The notes below the pieces were generated by a model. It saw nothing but the letters and a program-made list of their open reading frames with translations, was not told the DNA's origin and ran no database searches. The translations under genes were made by a program, and so were the position numbers. Shown piece by piece: positions 34,148 to 46,600 of a stretch of DNA of 64,000 bases. Source of the DNA: Utricularia gibba (Eukaryota > Plantae > Magnoliophyta); the NCBI GenBank assembly GCA_002189035.1, contig NEEC01000012.1:2294001-2358000 (forward strand). The letters run 5' to 3'. Each line of letters opens with the position of its first letter. Position 1 is the first letter of the stretch.

Positions 34148-37100
34148 TATCTATAATATAAATTTTTTTACTTAATATATATGAGAGAATGTATGATTGA
34201 TCATTTTTATAAATGATCATTAATTATTGACACAAATAATTCATGATTCAATCATTTATTTATTTTTAAATAAAATTTTAATATTTTTATTATGAAAAAA
34301 TATAAAATCGTGATTAAATCATAGTAAAATAATCAAATTGTAGTTGAATCAGTGATTCATTTTTTTAAAACAATTAGAATCCAACATAATTGTTGTAACT
34401 TATTTTAGCTCACATAGAAACTTCTATTGATATTCATGAAGTTTAACTATGATGTTGTACATGGTAAAAAAAAATAAAAAAACATATATAAAATCAAAAT
34501 TATATCTAATTAAAAAATATATAATTCAAATCATATTCAATTCTACCCTGTTTGACTTTTACTAAATAGATATAAAATATCAAATAATAATCAAATACAA
34601 AAATTTGCACCCAAAGGTTAAAAAAAATATTAAACTACGCCATCTATTCTTTTATTATAATCATTAAACTCTTCCAATAGGAGAATCTCAAACAAAATAT
34701 TTTTTTTTATTAATTAGAATAATTTAACAATTATTTATATATTAGTATGATTAAAAATAAATGGATTAAATAGATCATATTTAATTTATGACCATTAATT
34801 CAAACTCAATAGAGATCCAATTTATTTTTTATTAGAACTTTTTTTCAATAATATTTACATGGAAACCAACTCAACATGGAGTTGGGGTGAGGTGATGCTT
34901 CTTACAAACTATAATTGTACATAGTTTTATGTCTAGATGGAAATCACTAGCTATTTCATTAAATAAATGCTGGCAAGGATTTTTTTTAAAAAAAAGTCAA
35001 ATGAATGCATATTTTGAAAATTATTTTTTATTTCAATAAAAAAGAGTAAAATAATTGGAAAAGTTGCATATTTATTTTATTAAGATAACAAAAAAGATGC
35101 GCATTTATTTACCATTGGGTGAAAAGCAGGTCTCCCTTTGGGGACACGCGGCGGAAGATGAGACGTCGGCGATGTATATTCATTAATTTAATTAATTAAT
35201 GAGGTAGGAGTTCATTTAACCTTCAGAGCAGACTTCAACCAGATGCAAAATGCATTTAATTTTGGTTTAATAATTCGTTTTAAATGAATAACAAGACAGG
35301 GAATGGAGAGCTTTGTTTGTTTGTTTGTGTTTATGTGTTTTTATAAATATTATTACAAAAAAAATTTATGTTTAAAATGTAAAAATGAGAATTGATTTTA
35401 ATAATTAAATAATATTTTTATTCATAATTATTAATAATTATATTTTATAACTTTTTAATTTAAAATATGTTTTATATATCATTTTGAATTATAATTTATG
35501 TTATTACTTTAATTTCAATATATTTATATTAAATTATAAAAATTAAAATATTTATAATATTATTAAATTATAAGTATTTATAAAAAATAGATATAATTGT
35601 AATTTCAATTTTAAAATCTTTTTTTGAAAATCAATTTTCATAAAAAAAAAACTATCGCGTCATATTTATTCTTAAAAATTAATTCATATAAAATAAAATT
35701 TGATATAAGTTTAAAAGATGGAAACAACTCAATAAGAATATTAGTGCTTCTACAGATGTCCCAATGCTAATTTAGTCTATAAAAGAAAAAAAAAAGGAAG
35801 GATGATCACATAGGTCCATTTCAAAAGAGGGTTGAGTTGATGTCCAGTTTTTTTAATACACATATCATTAAATATTCAAGTCTGTGTTTGAGTGGGGTGA
35901 TGCAAAAGTTGGCATGTGAAGAAGGGCAATCATGGTGCAAGGTGGCCTTCACCTTTGAGCTTTTATGAGATTCCCAACAGAGTCCCCTCCCCTCATGCCA
36001 AAACACAATCACTGTGGTGCAACTCTTGGGAGGTATGGGGAAAAGTAAAAGGCCATGGGATGTTGTTTTGGAGTTTTCCACTTCACAAGCATACCACATC
36101 CATGTACTTTGGAGTTTGGAACTCACTCAATAACCATGTGACTTAAAAACAAAAGAGAGACACTTTAGAATCAATTTATCATCATATACAAATGAATTTT
36201 GTGATCAAAAAAAATTTAGAATCATTTTCTTACTTATAGAAAATTACATTGATACATTTCATTAGAAATTATCTCTCAAAAATTATTTTTAGAAAAAGAG
36301 ATTGTGATATCTTGCATTAAAAATGGACAAAAATATTGATATGATAGAAGATAAGATTGAGCGCAATGACCACACAAATTTTACATGAAATATTTTCAAG
36401 AATATATTAAAAGATTCTTTGTAGTAACTTCAAAGTTAAATGTGATTCAATTGAAGTAAATTGAAAATGAATAACCTTCTTCGAATGAAAGTCAAAGATG
36501 GGAAAAATATTTCTTAAAAAGAAAACAAAAAAGAAATTTAAATGTATATTTGAAATAACTTATGTTTATAAGAAAAATGTTTCAAAATTAATTTTATTCC
36601 AAAATACAAATCATTTATACCTAAAAAATATAGCCAAACATAATCTTACATCATTAAAAATTCATTCTAGAATTGTAAAAAGTTGAGATATTTTGTGCTT
36701 AGAAGAATATCATCTATTCATCTCACACATCAATGAACTTAACTAGTTATAATTTCATCACATACATATATAATATAATTCGAGGCGTAACGAACTCTCA
36801 TATGAAATTGATTCGTATCAAATAATAGTTTGAATATAATTTTTTCACATATTTTCTTAGATATTATTTGTTCTCACTAAGGGAGAGAGGATTCCATGGT
36901 TCTTGGATTGGATTATTGGCCTAGGATTGCCCCCGAAGACATTAGCAATTAAGGCGATAACCAAGCTTTGTTTAATTAATATTAAACTACAATTAATGGT
37001 TAGGTACGTCGCTGTCCTAATCCGCACCTTAGCCTGACGTGGACCCCTTGACACGATTTATTTATGGCAACTGGATCCACCCGTCCCATCCATCATGATC

Positions 37101-38629
37101 ATGATGGTGAACCCTTTTTCAGGGGTAGAATAGTAATTTACTCCTTGTCGCGACGTGGAATTTCCCTTTCTTTTTCTTCTCTTGTTCAATTAGGGTTTGA
37201 TTGAAGATCGAAAAGGGGAAGGATGGGGAACTCGACGGAGCTCCGTAAAAATCCAAGCAAGAAGAAGAGTCTTCCAGAAAGGGAATGAAAAGCGAAGGTG
37301 CGAGTGGGGGAGTCTGGTTCTGGGTGTATTCCATTATTGAGCACACACCGTCTTCCCCACGCACTAAATACGTGAACTGGATCTGGACAAGTTGGCTAAC
37401 TTTCCGAGTGTTTTTATTATCAACATTGTCTTTTAAGTTTTATATTCTGTCTGGGGCCGGAGACATTAAGCCCCACGTCACCGTCGGAGAGTTGGAATAT
37501 GCGGCAACGGCATATTCCTACCGGCTAAGGGGAGAAGAAGCAGCTCTCTGGGTCGCCGTCGGCCAAAAAAAAAAAAAAAACTGCGGTGTTGATTTGTGGC
37601 CCAGCAACCACACATTGTACAGAAGAACCATTTGTGTTTCCTGGGCCAAGATTCGAATAGGCCCATCTTCGAGATCACTTATAGGGAGAGCTGCAATGGG
37701 ATGTGGTTCGAACATGAACGATATTCTCGAACTGTCGGTTTATATAAATTATTGTGCTTCACAAACACTCACGCTTCATATATATGTTTTCTAAATACAA
37801 TGCTTTTCTAAAAGTTTTTCCAACCTTCCTATAATGTTTGATGTGTATGTTTGGAAACAATTCTAAAAAAATACAAAATTTGTCTTTAGCGCCCAAAACA
37901 ACACACACTTAATGCTTTTTTTTAATATTTATTGAAATTTTTAATATTTAAAAATAAAATCTACGGTTTACCGGTTTTAAACCATCGGTTCCACACGGGT
38001 TGAAAACGTAGTTTCCAAATTTTAAATATCTCAAATCGATCCAAAACCATAATGTTCTACTTCAAATCGATTACAATTCTACATATAGGTCCAATTACCA
38101 TAAGGCCCAACGTCAATGGGCTGAACGATGAAAGCCCATTACAAAGTCTTTTTCACCATCATGCACGGGAACAAAAAAACAAGGAAATGCCGGGGTAGAT
38201 ATTTAGGAATTAAGTAAATAAAAATAATTGCTTTATATACCTCAACGGTCCAGATTTTATTCGAATATTCTAAAGAAGAGATCAGGCGTCAAGTTGTGAA
38301 GTGTTGTCCTGGACCGGCCCGCGCCACATGACCAGCCAAATAATTAAAGGTACGTGGGGCCCATGTGTTGCGGACTGAGTCCACCCTTCCATTTATATTT
38401 CAACGGTGGATATGCGCGCGATGGGGCCCGGAGCAGTCCCCATAATTAGAAACTATGCAGCCACCAGAATTCTAAATTCCGTATACGATGTAGCTTTTTT
38501 TATTTATAATAAATTCCATTTCATTATTGAAAAATACATCGAAAATGAGATTATTTTTAATCATACTTTATTGTATACCTTCGGCTCTCCTGCACTTCAA
38601 GGGACAATTCCATTTATTTAAAAAATTTG

Positions 38630-38710
38630 GCTATCATTTATTATATATATATATATATATAATAAAATAATCATTATATATATATATATATTATAAAATA
38701 ATCATTTTAG
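38630..38710. repeat. Tandemly duplicated (AT)n microsatellite unit
   Basis: The unit atcatt-(at)n-ataaaata occurs twice in tandem. Confidence 0.7.
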
Positions 38711-40366
38711 ATATTATTTTTTTACCTTATTTTTCTAAATAACCCACTAGTATCTTTGTGGGGGAGGCCATATTTATTTATTCCTCACATATAATTTTTC
38801 ATTCTAAATAATCAATTTAAATTTCACATTTTAACTCATGATTTTGGATTTGAATCATTTTTAGAATGATATGAACTAAATTCAACTCATTGTAAAATAT
38901 TACAAAAATAAATAAATAATTTAAATTTTATATAAAAATTATTGAACCAGAACTTAAAAATGGACACTTGACCAGAAACATTCCAACATTTAATAAAATT
39001 AGTATGAGTAGTCTCAAATATTTAATAAAAATGGTATATTTAGTTCCCGTCGAGATAGGTACGGGCAGCAATCATATTGGGCATGCGGGCAGCGGCCGGA
39101 GAGTGCACGGGTAGTGGATGTCATGGGTGGTGCCGACGATAACGGCTGTATATCGATTAAAAATAGTAAAATTAATTTGAGAAAAAAAATAAAATTTTGA
39201 ATTAATGATCTATTTTGCTATTAGTTTAAATAGTAATGAATATTTTTGTTCTATTTTGAATCAGTGTGGACTAATTATAAATAATTTTGAAATAGCAGAA
39301 ATAAAATTATTTTTGGTGATTTTTATTTAAATAAAAATACAATTTTAGTTTTAAAAAACCACGTGGTTGGAAATGAATTATAAATTTAAACTATGTTCTG
39401 AAAAATTTTTGAAATTTATTTTTATTTTTCAATAATAAAAATAATTTTTTTTTAAAATACTATCAATTATAAAAGTATTTCTACTAAAAAATACTTTTGA
39501 AATTATACTGTAAAAATTATTTTTAGAAAAGTAATAAGTAGTTTATTTTTACTTCTTATTTTTATGTTTCTAAAATAATTTTAAAAAAGTAAAAATAACT
39601 TTTAAAAATTTTTGAGAACAATGTTTTACTTTGTTTTATTAAACAAAACGCACGTGCCAAATAGTAGGAGCACTAAGTGGGAATTAGGGCCGGGGCGGTC
39701 TTATTAAATGGGTCGATTCGTCGTTTTCGGACCATTCGGAAGCCAGGGTTGGTAATGACGGGGATCTTATCCCTAATCACCAACTAATCATGAACCCTAG
39801 AAAGTATCTACTACGGGGTAAAAATATCTTGAAAATTGAAAACGGTTTCCCTGTCGTGGTGACTGGATGACGACCCGGACCCGCATCACCTCTGTGAATT
39901 AATTGAATAGTCAGCGATATGAGGACAAAGGGTCGCCCATGCCAGTGCTTTTAGATCGTCCATTTTATCAAAGGAACGCACGCCACGGGGTCCTACCCTC
40001 CATAACAACCTGGTCATTTTGAAAGTTAATCAATGTCCATTTATCTCACACATTAAGCATGAAAAAATACACATAGCGTGGATAGCTTTCTAAACACAGT
40101 AAAACACATTGGGTATTTTTCAAATTAACTCCATAACAAGCACACAAGTGTTGTGCTGAATTCATAACATTAGTGTCGTTGAATTATAACATATAATACC
40201 ACATCGTGATTTGAAACTGAAATAATATAACATATAAAAAATTACAGATTATTAGTAATATGTTGAGTTTAATTTTTTTAATATAATTCATATTTTTTAT
40301 GTATTTAAATTTTAGGTATACTGGACATATACATCAGATTTTAATTTCAATATGGCACTAAAAAGT

Positions 40367-40480
40367 TTGCCTCACAACACGGTTTGGATGTCCAAGATGG
40401 ATTTGGTACTTATATGAGTTCAAGTTAACAAAAAAAGCAATAAGATTTATTCGAATTAGATGGTAAAAATTAGATCTAAC
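40367..40480 (+). repeat. Dispersed AT-rich repeat (MITE-like end), copy B
   Basis: tttgcctcacaacacggtttggatgtccaagatggattt...gttaacaaaaaaa...aaaaattagatct; similar to 29151-29275. Confidence 0.55.
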
Positions 40481-43164
40481 ATATGATTTGATTATTAATT
40501 ATAATCACAAAAAAAAAACATTTTTTTAATATAATCTATTATTATTATTATTATTATTATGTATTTAGACTTCACATGTTATTAACACATTCATTAACAG
40601 TAATCATGTCGTTTGTTACCGGGTTTCGAACCAACCCAGGTGGCTGCAAAGCACGAATCCGATGTCGGCTTTAGAGGGATTGGGGAGAAAGGGCAGCCGC
40701 CGGTTTTCATGAAAGCAACGCTGCAGGTCCGCCTGGGGGCGATAACTAAGCTGGTTTTGTTCTGAACCGTTGGAGGGATGTGTGGCCGTGATTCCGGGTG
40801 GAGGATTGTGCGGTGGTGGTGCCTCCACCGGGACAGGGCAGAATGGCGGGGGCAGCCACCATGTTAGTGCTAATTAATCCATCTTTGTTGCGTAGCAGCC
40901 GAGGGGTCCAATTGTTATCAGTTCTCCTATGGAGGCTGATAATGATCTGATTGAAACGTGTCATCCATCTCCAACCGACGAGTGCCTTTCTCTTTCCTTT
41001 TCACTCACCCAAATTTCAACCCCTCCGCCGGTCTGATCACCGGAGGAGCCCATAAGAGTCGAATCCTTGAAGGGACACCACTGCCCAATAATTTTCATGG
41101 AGCCGACGAAATGCGCTCGCTGCCTCTTTTAGGACAAGTTGGTGCCCACGTGGCGAGATCCAGATCTGAGACCGACACAACTTGCTCCCACCACCATTCT
41201 AATGAAATTGAGCACGCCTGGTTTTACACAGTTTTCCAGTTCTGATAAACTGAGTTAGAGAGAGATCCTTGTGTTACTGTGACATGTTCATCTGGGAGCG
41301 CTGCATCCTGCTGCTGTTTAAGACCACTGAAACCAGAACCAGTAATGGAAAGCTTTTCTTATTTGCTGCACCAGAGCAGCACGCAAAGAAATGAATGCTT
41401 GTTTGTTTAAGGCAGTTTGAAGGTACCAAGGGTTTCAAAATCATCACTTCTTGCACTTTTGTCAGTGTAGTGATTTTCAGCGACGGCAGTGTATACATTA
41501 TAAGGTAAATTTTAAATAAAATACTAATTATTTTTTGTTTAATAATGCATTTGAGTCTTTGATAAAGTTGCAACCGGTTCAGAACTGAAATTGAACGTTT
41601 TTCTCAAACCATAGATTCATAAATTATGATTCACTGAAGATTTCGGTTGAAGTGTCAAAGATAAACTGAAATTTGAAACCTTGAATTGAAATGAAACTGG
41701 AATTGAAATCATTGAATTGGATAAAAATTGAAAACATATAATCAATGTTTAAATGAACTCTTTGAGTTTGAGTTTCTATAAGATATTTAAATAAATAATC
41801 AGTTTTCAAGATTTTACATTTTTTATTTAAAAAAGTTATCATACAAAATTAAAATTATATATCTATTTAAACAAATAATCTCATACATAATTAATATGAA
41901 ATATTGTCTAATTTTATTATATGCATTTGAGAAAATTGATCGATTATGTTACATATAATTTTATTCCATTAGTGCAAGATAAATAAAATGAAATAATTAT
42001 TTAAAAAATGAAACAATTTTTAAGTGTTTGAAAATAACAATTACCGAGGGGGGGCAGGCATTTGCAGTGAATCCAGCGCATAGTCCCAGTCACAATAAAA
42101 TGTTGTCGGGGGATCACATGGGCGACCCATTTTTTGGCCTTTTTTACCCTCCCCCATCTGGACCGGTAGGTATTGTCACGTACAAACCAAAATATGCCCA
42201 TGTTACCCTTTCCATTTCACTAGATATTTTGCAGTTAAAATATCATTTTTTTTTCTTTTTGTATCATCAAAACATCAAAACCTTATTATAAACTGGAACC
42301 TAATTTTTTAAAAAATCAAATCAAATTCATTCTTCAAAACCGTAATGAATTTGAATTGAATTTTTTTCTAATATATTGAAATATCTTAATGATTTTAATC
42401 TTTAACTATTTTATAGTAAAATTATAAAGTTAAATTTTATGATTAATTTCATCAATTATTGATTTTTTAAATTTCTATTTTAATGATTAAATAATAAATT
42501 AATTTAAAAAATTATATTATTTAGTTTTTATCTAATATAAAAATATATTTATATGGTAACAAAAATTTGATAATTTAATATATTAAATCTTACAATATAT
42601 ATATATATATACTTTATTAAATTTTGTAGTATTGCACAGAACAGTTTTGTAATATCAAAACTAATTTTATTTTGCATAATCTGAAGTAGAGATTCAAATT
42701 ACATAATAATTCCGAAATTTTTTGAAAAATAAAATTGAATTTATAGTGAAATCAACGTGGCGTAACCAAAATTGGCACGCACGCAAATGCTGCTGCACTA
42801 GCCAAAATAGCATGTGAGATACCTTAATTATGTTGCCACCTTTTACTTGAATTTTTACATAGGGAATAATTATAAATTGGGAATGGGTATGAAAATATCT
42901 AAATTACATAGGTGGCGTCTTGGCTGGCGTCATAATTCCGGTTTAAATTTAAATTTAAAAAGGCTTTTTCTTAAATTAAAAGCTGGTTAAAATGGGTTGT
43001 GGAATGAGTTGAAAAGAATAGATTTTGTGACAGCTGCAGAGTGATTGGGGAGATCTTTCTATATAAACCTGCATACGCGGAGGTAAAGCTTGCCCTCTTC
43101 TCCAAACTGAGAGATACCCTTCTGTGTTTTGAGCAGCAGCAGCCTAAAGGAAGGCAGAGGAGAA

Positions 43165-44915
43165 ATGGCTGCTGAAAAGGTCGATCTTGAGACGCCATTG
43201 ATCTCTGAGAAATCAGTGGAGAATGGCCCCAGTTTCACCAAGGAGGAAATCATTGCAGAAACCAAGACCCAATTGTTCCTCGCTTGCCCCATGATGTTCG
43301 TTAATCTTCTGTTGTCCCTCATTCAGACAATCTCCGTCATGTTCGTCGGCCACGTCGGTGAGCTCGCCCTCTCCGGTGCCTCTATGGCCACCTCCTTCGC
43401 CTCCGTCACCGGCTTCAGCTTGTTGGTCAGTGGATTTCAGATTCGCGCCCCGCGATACTCTGGATTTCAGATTTTGAATGTGTAAAATGTTGCAGGTGGG
43501 GATGGCTTGCGCCCTGGACACGTACTGCGGCCAATCCTACGGCGCTAAGCAGTACCATATGCTCGGGATCCATATGCAGCGAGCGATGCTGGTGCTTCTT
43601 CTAGTGAGTATTCCACTCGCCGGAATCTGGGCGACGGCAGGGGACATTCTGCAGCTTCTCGGGCAAGATCCCGCGATCGCGGCGGAGGCCGGGATCTACG
43701 CTCGTTATATGATCCCTTCCATTTTCCCGTTCGCGCTTCTCCAGTGCCAGTTTCGGTTCCTCCAGACGCAGAACAATGTGGTGCCTATGATGCTTACGTC
43801 AGGGATCACGACGCTCGTTCATATTCCGATCTGCTGGGTTTTGATTGCGAAATGCGGGCTTGGAAGCAAAGGTGCGGCTCTCGCGAATGGGATCTCGTAT
43901 TGGACGAATGATTTGTTCTTAGTCCTTTACATCTACTTCGCCCCTGCCTGCAAAGAGACATGGAAAGGCTTCTCTAAAGAAGCTCTCCATGATATCTCCA
44001 AGTTCGTCTGGCTTGCCATTCCTTCTGCCATCATGGTCTGTCTAGAAATATGGTCATACGAAATCATGGTCATCGTCTCCGGTCTCCTCCCCAATCCCAC
44101 TCTGGAAACCTCTGTTCTCTCCATCAGGTACGCTTCCGCATCGGAATTGGAATAGAAATCGATTTCCGGAAGGTACTGATCGTGTTGCTGGGTTTCAGCC
44201 TGAACACCAACTCCATGATCTACATGATTCCCTTGGGGCTCGGCAGCGCAATCAGTGTCCGGGTATCCAACGAGCTGGGCGCCTCACGGCCGAGAAAGGC
44301 GCGACTTGCGGTGTTCATGGCGATGTTCATGGTCGGGGTGGAGAGCGCGATCGCGGTGCTGGTCATCATCCTGGGCCGCAGGATCTGGGGCTACTGCTTC
44401 AGTAGTGAAGAAGACGTGGTGTCCTACGTCTCCGAGATGATGATATTCATCGCCATCACCAATTTGGCAGATGGGTTCCTCTCAGTTCTCAATGGCATTG
44501 CAAGGGGCTGCGGGTGGCAGAAGATCGGCGCCATGGTGAACTTGGCAGCCTTCTACATCGTCGGAATCCCCTTAGGAGTGGTGCTCGCCTTCGTCTTCCA
44601 TCTGGGAGGAAAGGTACAGATTCCCACACCAGTTACCAACAGAAGAATATTCATGTCGTCGGAGCTAAAGCAGTTTCATTTGATTGAATTATCTCAGGGA
44701 CTGTGGACCGGCATCGTGACGGCGGTTTTCGTACAAACATTCTTCTTATCAATCATAACTGCGAGGACAGACTGGGCAGCAGAGGTAACATCAAATTAAC
44801 CATAAAACTCATTCTGCTCAATTCATCACCATCAACCAATCCCTCCCTCTGCTTCCCTCAGGCAAGAAAGGCGAACGTGAGAGTGTTCGACTCAAAAATC
44901 CCGGTGGTGGCGTGA
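43165..44915 (+). CDS. MATE efflux transporter (DETOXIFICATION 14-16 type)
   Basis: Exons 43165-43425, 43496-44127, 44199-44613, 44698-44784, 44862-44915. SVMFVGHVGELALSGASMATSFASVTG, ALDTYCGQSYGAKQYHMLG, RVSNELGA, GIARGCGWQKIGA, GLWTG. Confidence 0.95.
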
Positions 44916-46229
44916 CCGGCGGAAGGCGCAAGAGTGGGTTTAGATCTGCAGCTTCTGTTGTAAGGCCAATGGGCTATGCCTTTCGGATGTGTAGTGTGCA
45001 ATTCCACAAATGCTTTGTTCGTTCCTCCACCTTGCTTATCCTCAGCCCCACACTCAAAAACCCACTTCGGCTACTTGGGTGCACAAGCAAATCAATCAAA
45101 ATCAACACGATACAAGTATCAAAACGAACAATATATGTCGTTATTTAAAATTGAAATAATCAAATATATAAAAAATTACAAATTATTTATAATTATTTGT
45201 ACCTACTTTTTTATAATATAATCTATATTTATTGTATACATATATTTCACTTATTTTAATTTTGACACCTAAACCAACGCATTCATGGACTGTGCTTTCA
45301 ATCATCATCGTCACAGTGAAATGAATAAGCCCTCTGAAGCAGACAAGGGCTTCACGTGGCGCTGTAGTAAAATATTTATCAATCCCGACATGATGATTTT
45401 TCGTACCTATGTGAAAATATCAAGGTGTCAGAGATGAGATATTTGTTCCTTTTTCAGGGGTTCCATTTTGTTTTTTTAAAAAAATATTAGCACCTAAAAA
45501 TAAGGAATTGTTTGATTTCATGTTCATATTAAATAAAGTTTATATTATTAAGAATTAGATAAAATATTTAAGAAAAAAACATATTCCATACAAAATTATA
45601 AAACATACAATGAATTAGTTATACAGTCCTTTAGAAATATTGATTTATCGTAATCATATTTATTGGTATCTTATGTTTTTTCGAATAGTTTTATTGAAGA
45701 GTATCCAGTTAACTAGAGTTGAAGAAATCAAATATATTTATTCTTCAAACCAAATACTTATTTTTTACTAAACACACAATAATCAAGGGTTAAAATTCCT
45801 AATTATTGATTATGAATAATATTATTTTATATAGATTTTTATAAAAATTATTTATCATTCATTAATAATTAAAATTTCAAATATAGGACTAAATATTATT
45901 TCTGATTAACATAGTGGTGTTTAATTTTTTAGAAGGAAGAGAGCATATCAGAACCCGGAAGAGGACGAATGATCACATTTGGGCCTGTTGATATTGGGCC
46001 ATGATGTGTAATAGTTTTGGGTATAATGGGCTTCATGTTGGGCCATTTGTAATTATACCAGCAGCAATACATCTGCATAATTCCCAGCGACGACTTCCTC
46101 CTCTTCCCTTTATCCCAGCAAGGGCTTACTGTTTAGTTCGAAGGGTGCATATTGCCCAATTATCCCAGCAACTTTTCTTGAAATTTCTCAGTAAAAAAAG
46201 AAGAGTTTTATCGTGGATACTGAATAGCA

Positions 46230-46600
46230 GCAGCTTCTTCCTGGGCAGCTGAATTAAGAGGCTGAAAAAAGGGAGTAGCCCAGCCCTCTTTACTCGTCCA
46301 ATCTCCAATGGACAGACTGACCGTTTTTAAGAATCTGTCCGAACCATGACTTCAATATGCATTTGTTGCTGCGAGCTTCCAAGTGATTGTTTCAGTCCTC
46401 CACTTGACTTGAGTGTCTGCTCCAACGAAATTTGTGTCTTTCTGCCTGCAAAGTATTTTCTCGTACATCCATGCTTGCGGGTTCTCCTGGTTTGAACTAC
46501 CAAGCCTAGGCAAACGTAATGGAGAACCATCTGCATACTATGATGCATGGCAGTATGTCACTAACTTTAACTTCCTCCTGGCTGTAGCAATCTCCTGAAT
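46230..46600 (-). mobile_element. Possible heavily decayed LINE ORF2 relic
   Basis: LIQEIATARRKLKLV..*..MYEKILCRQK..VKWRTE..GDWTS..PFFQPL loosely follows the L1 order (EE..WRQK..WL.EG..G.W....FF..L). Multiple stops. Confidence 0.28.

Noticed and set aside
35916-36002. Loose hairpin TTGGCATG...CATGCCAA
   Set aside because: Short pairing only, and no match to conserved miRNA families I know.
37695-37712. tRNA T-loop-like GGTTCGAA (also ~40634 on the minus strand)
   Set aside because: No T-stem pairing, A-box or cloverleaf.
37285-37794. 169-aa plus-strand ORF
   Set aside because: Crosses an A-run and promoter-type motifs; atypical composition and no recognisable domain.
10367-42797. Shared 18-19-mer CACGCA(A)ATGCTGCTGCAC at ~10367 and ~42779
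   Set aside because: A single short match with an indel and no flanking similarity; plausibly chance.
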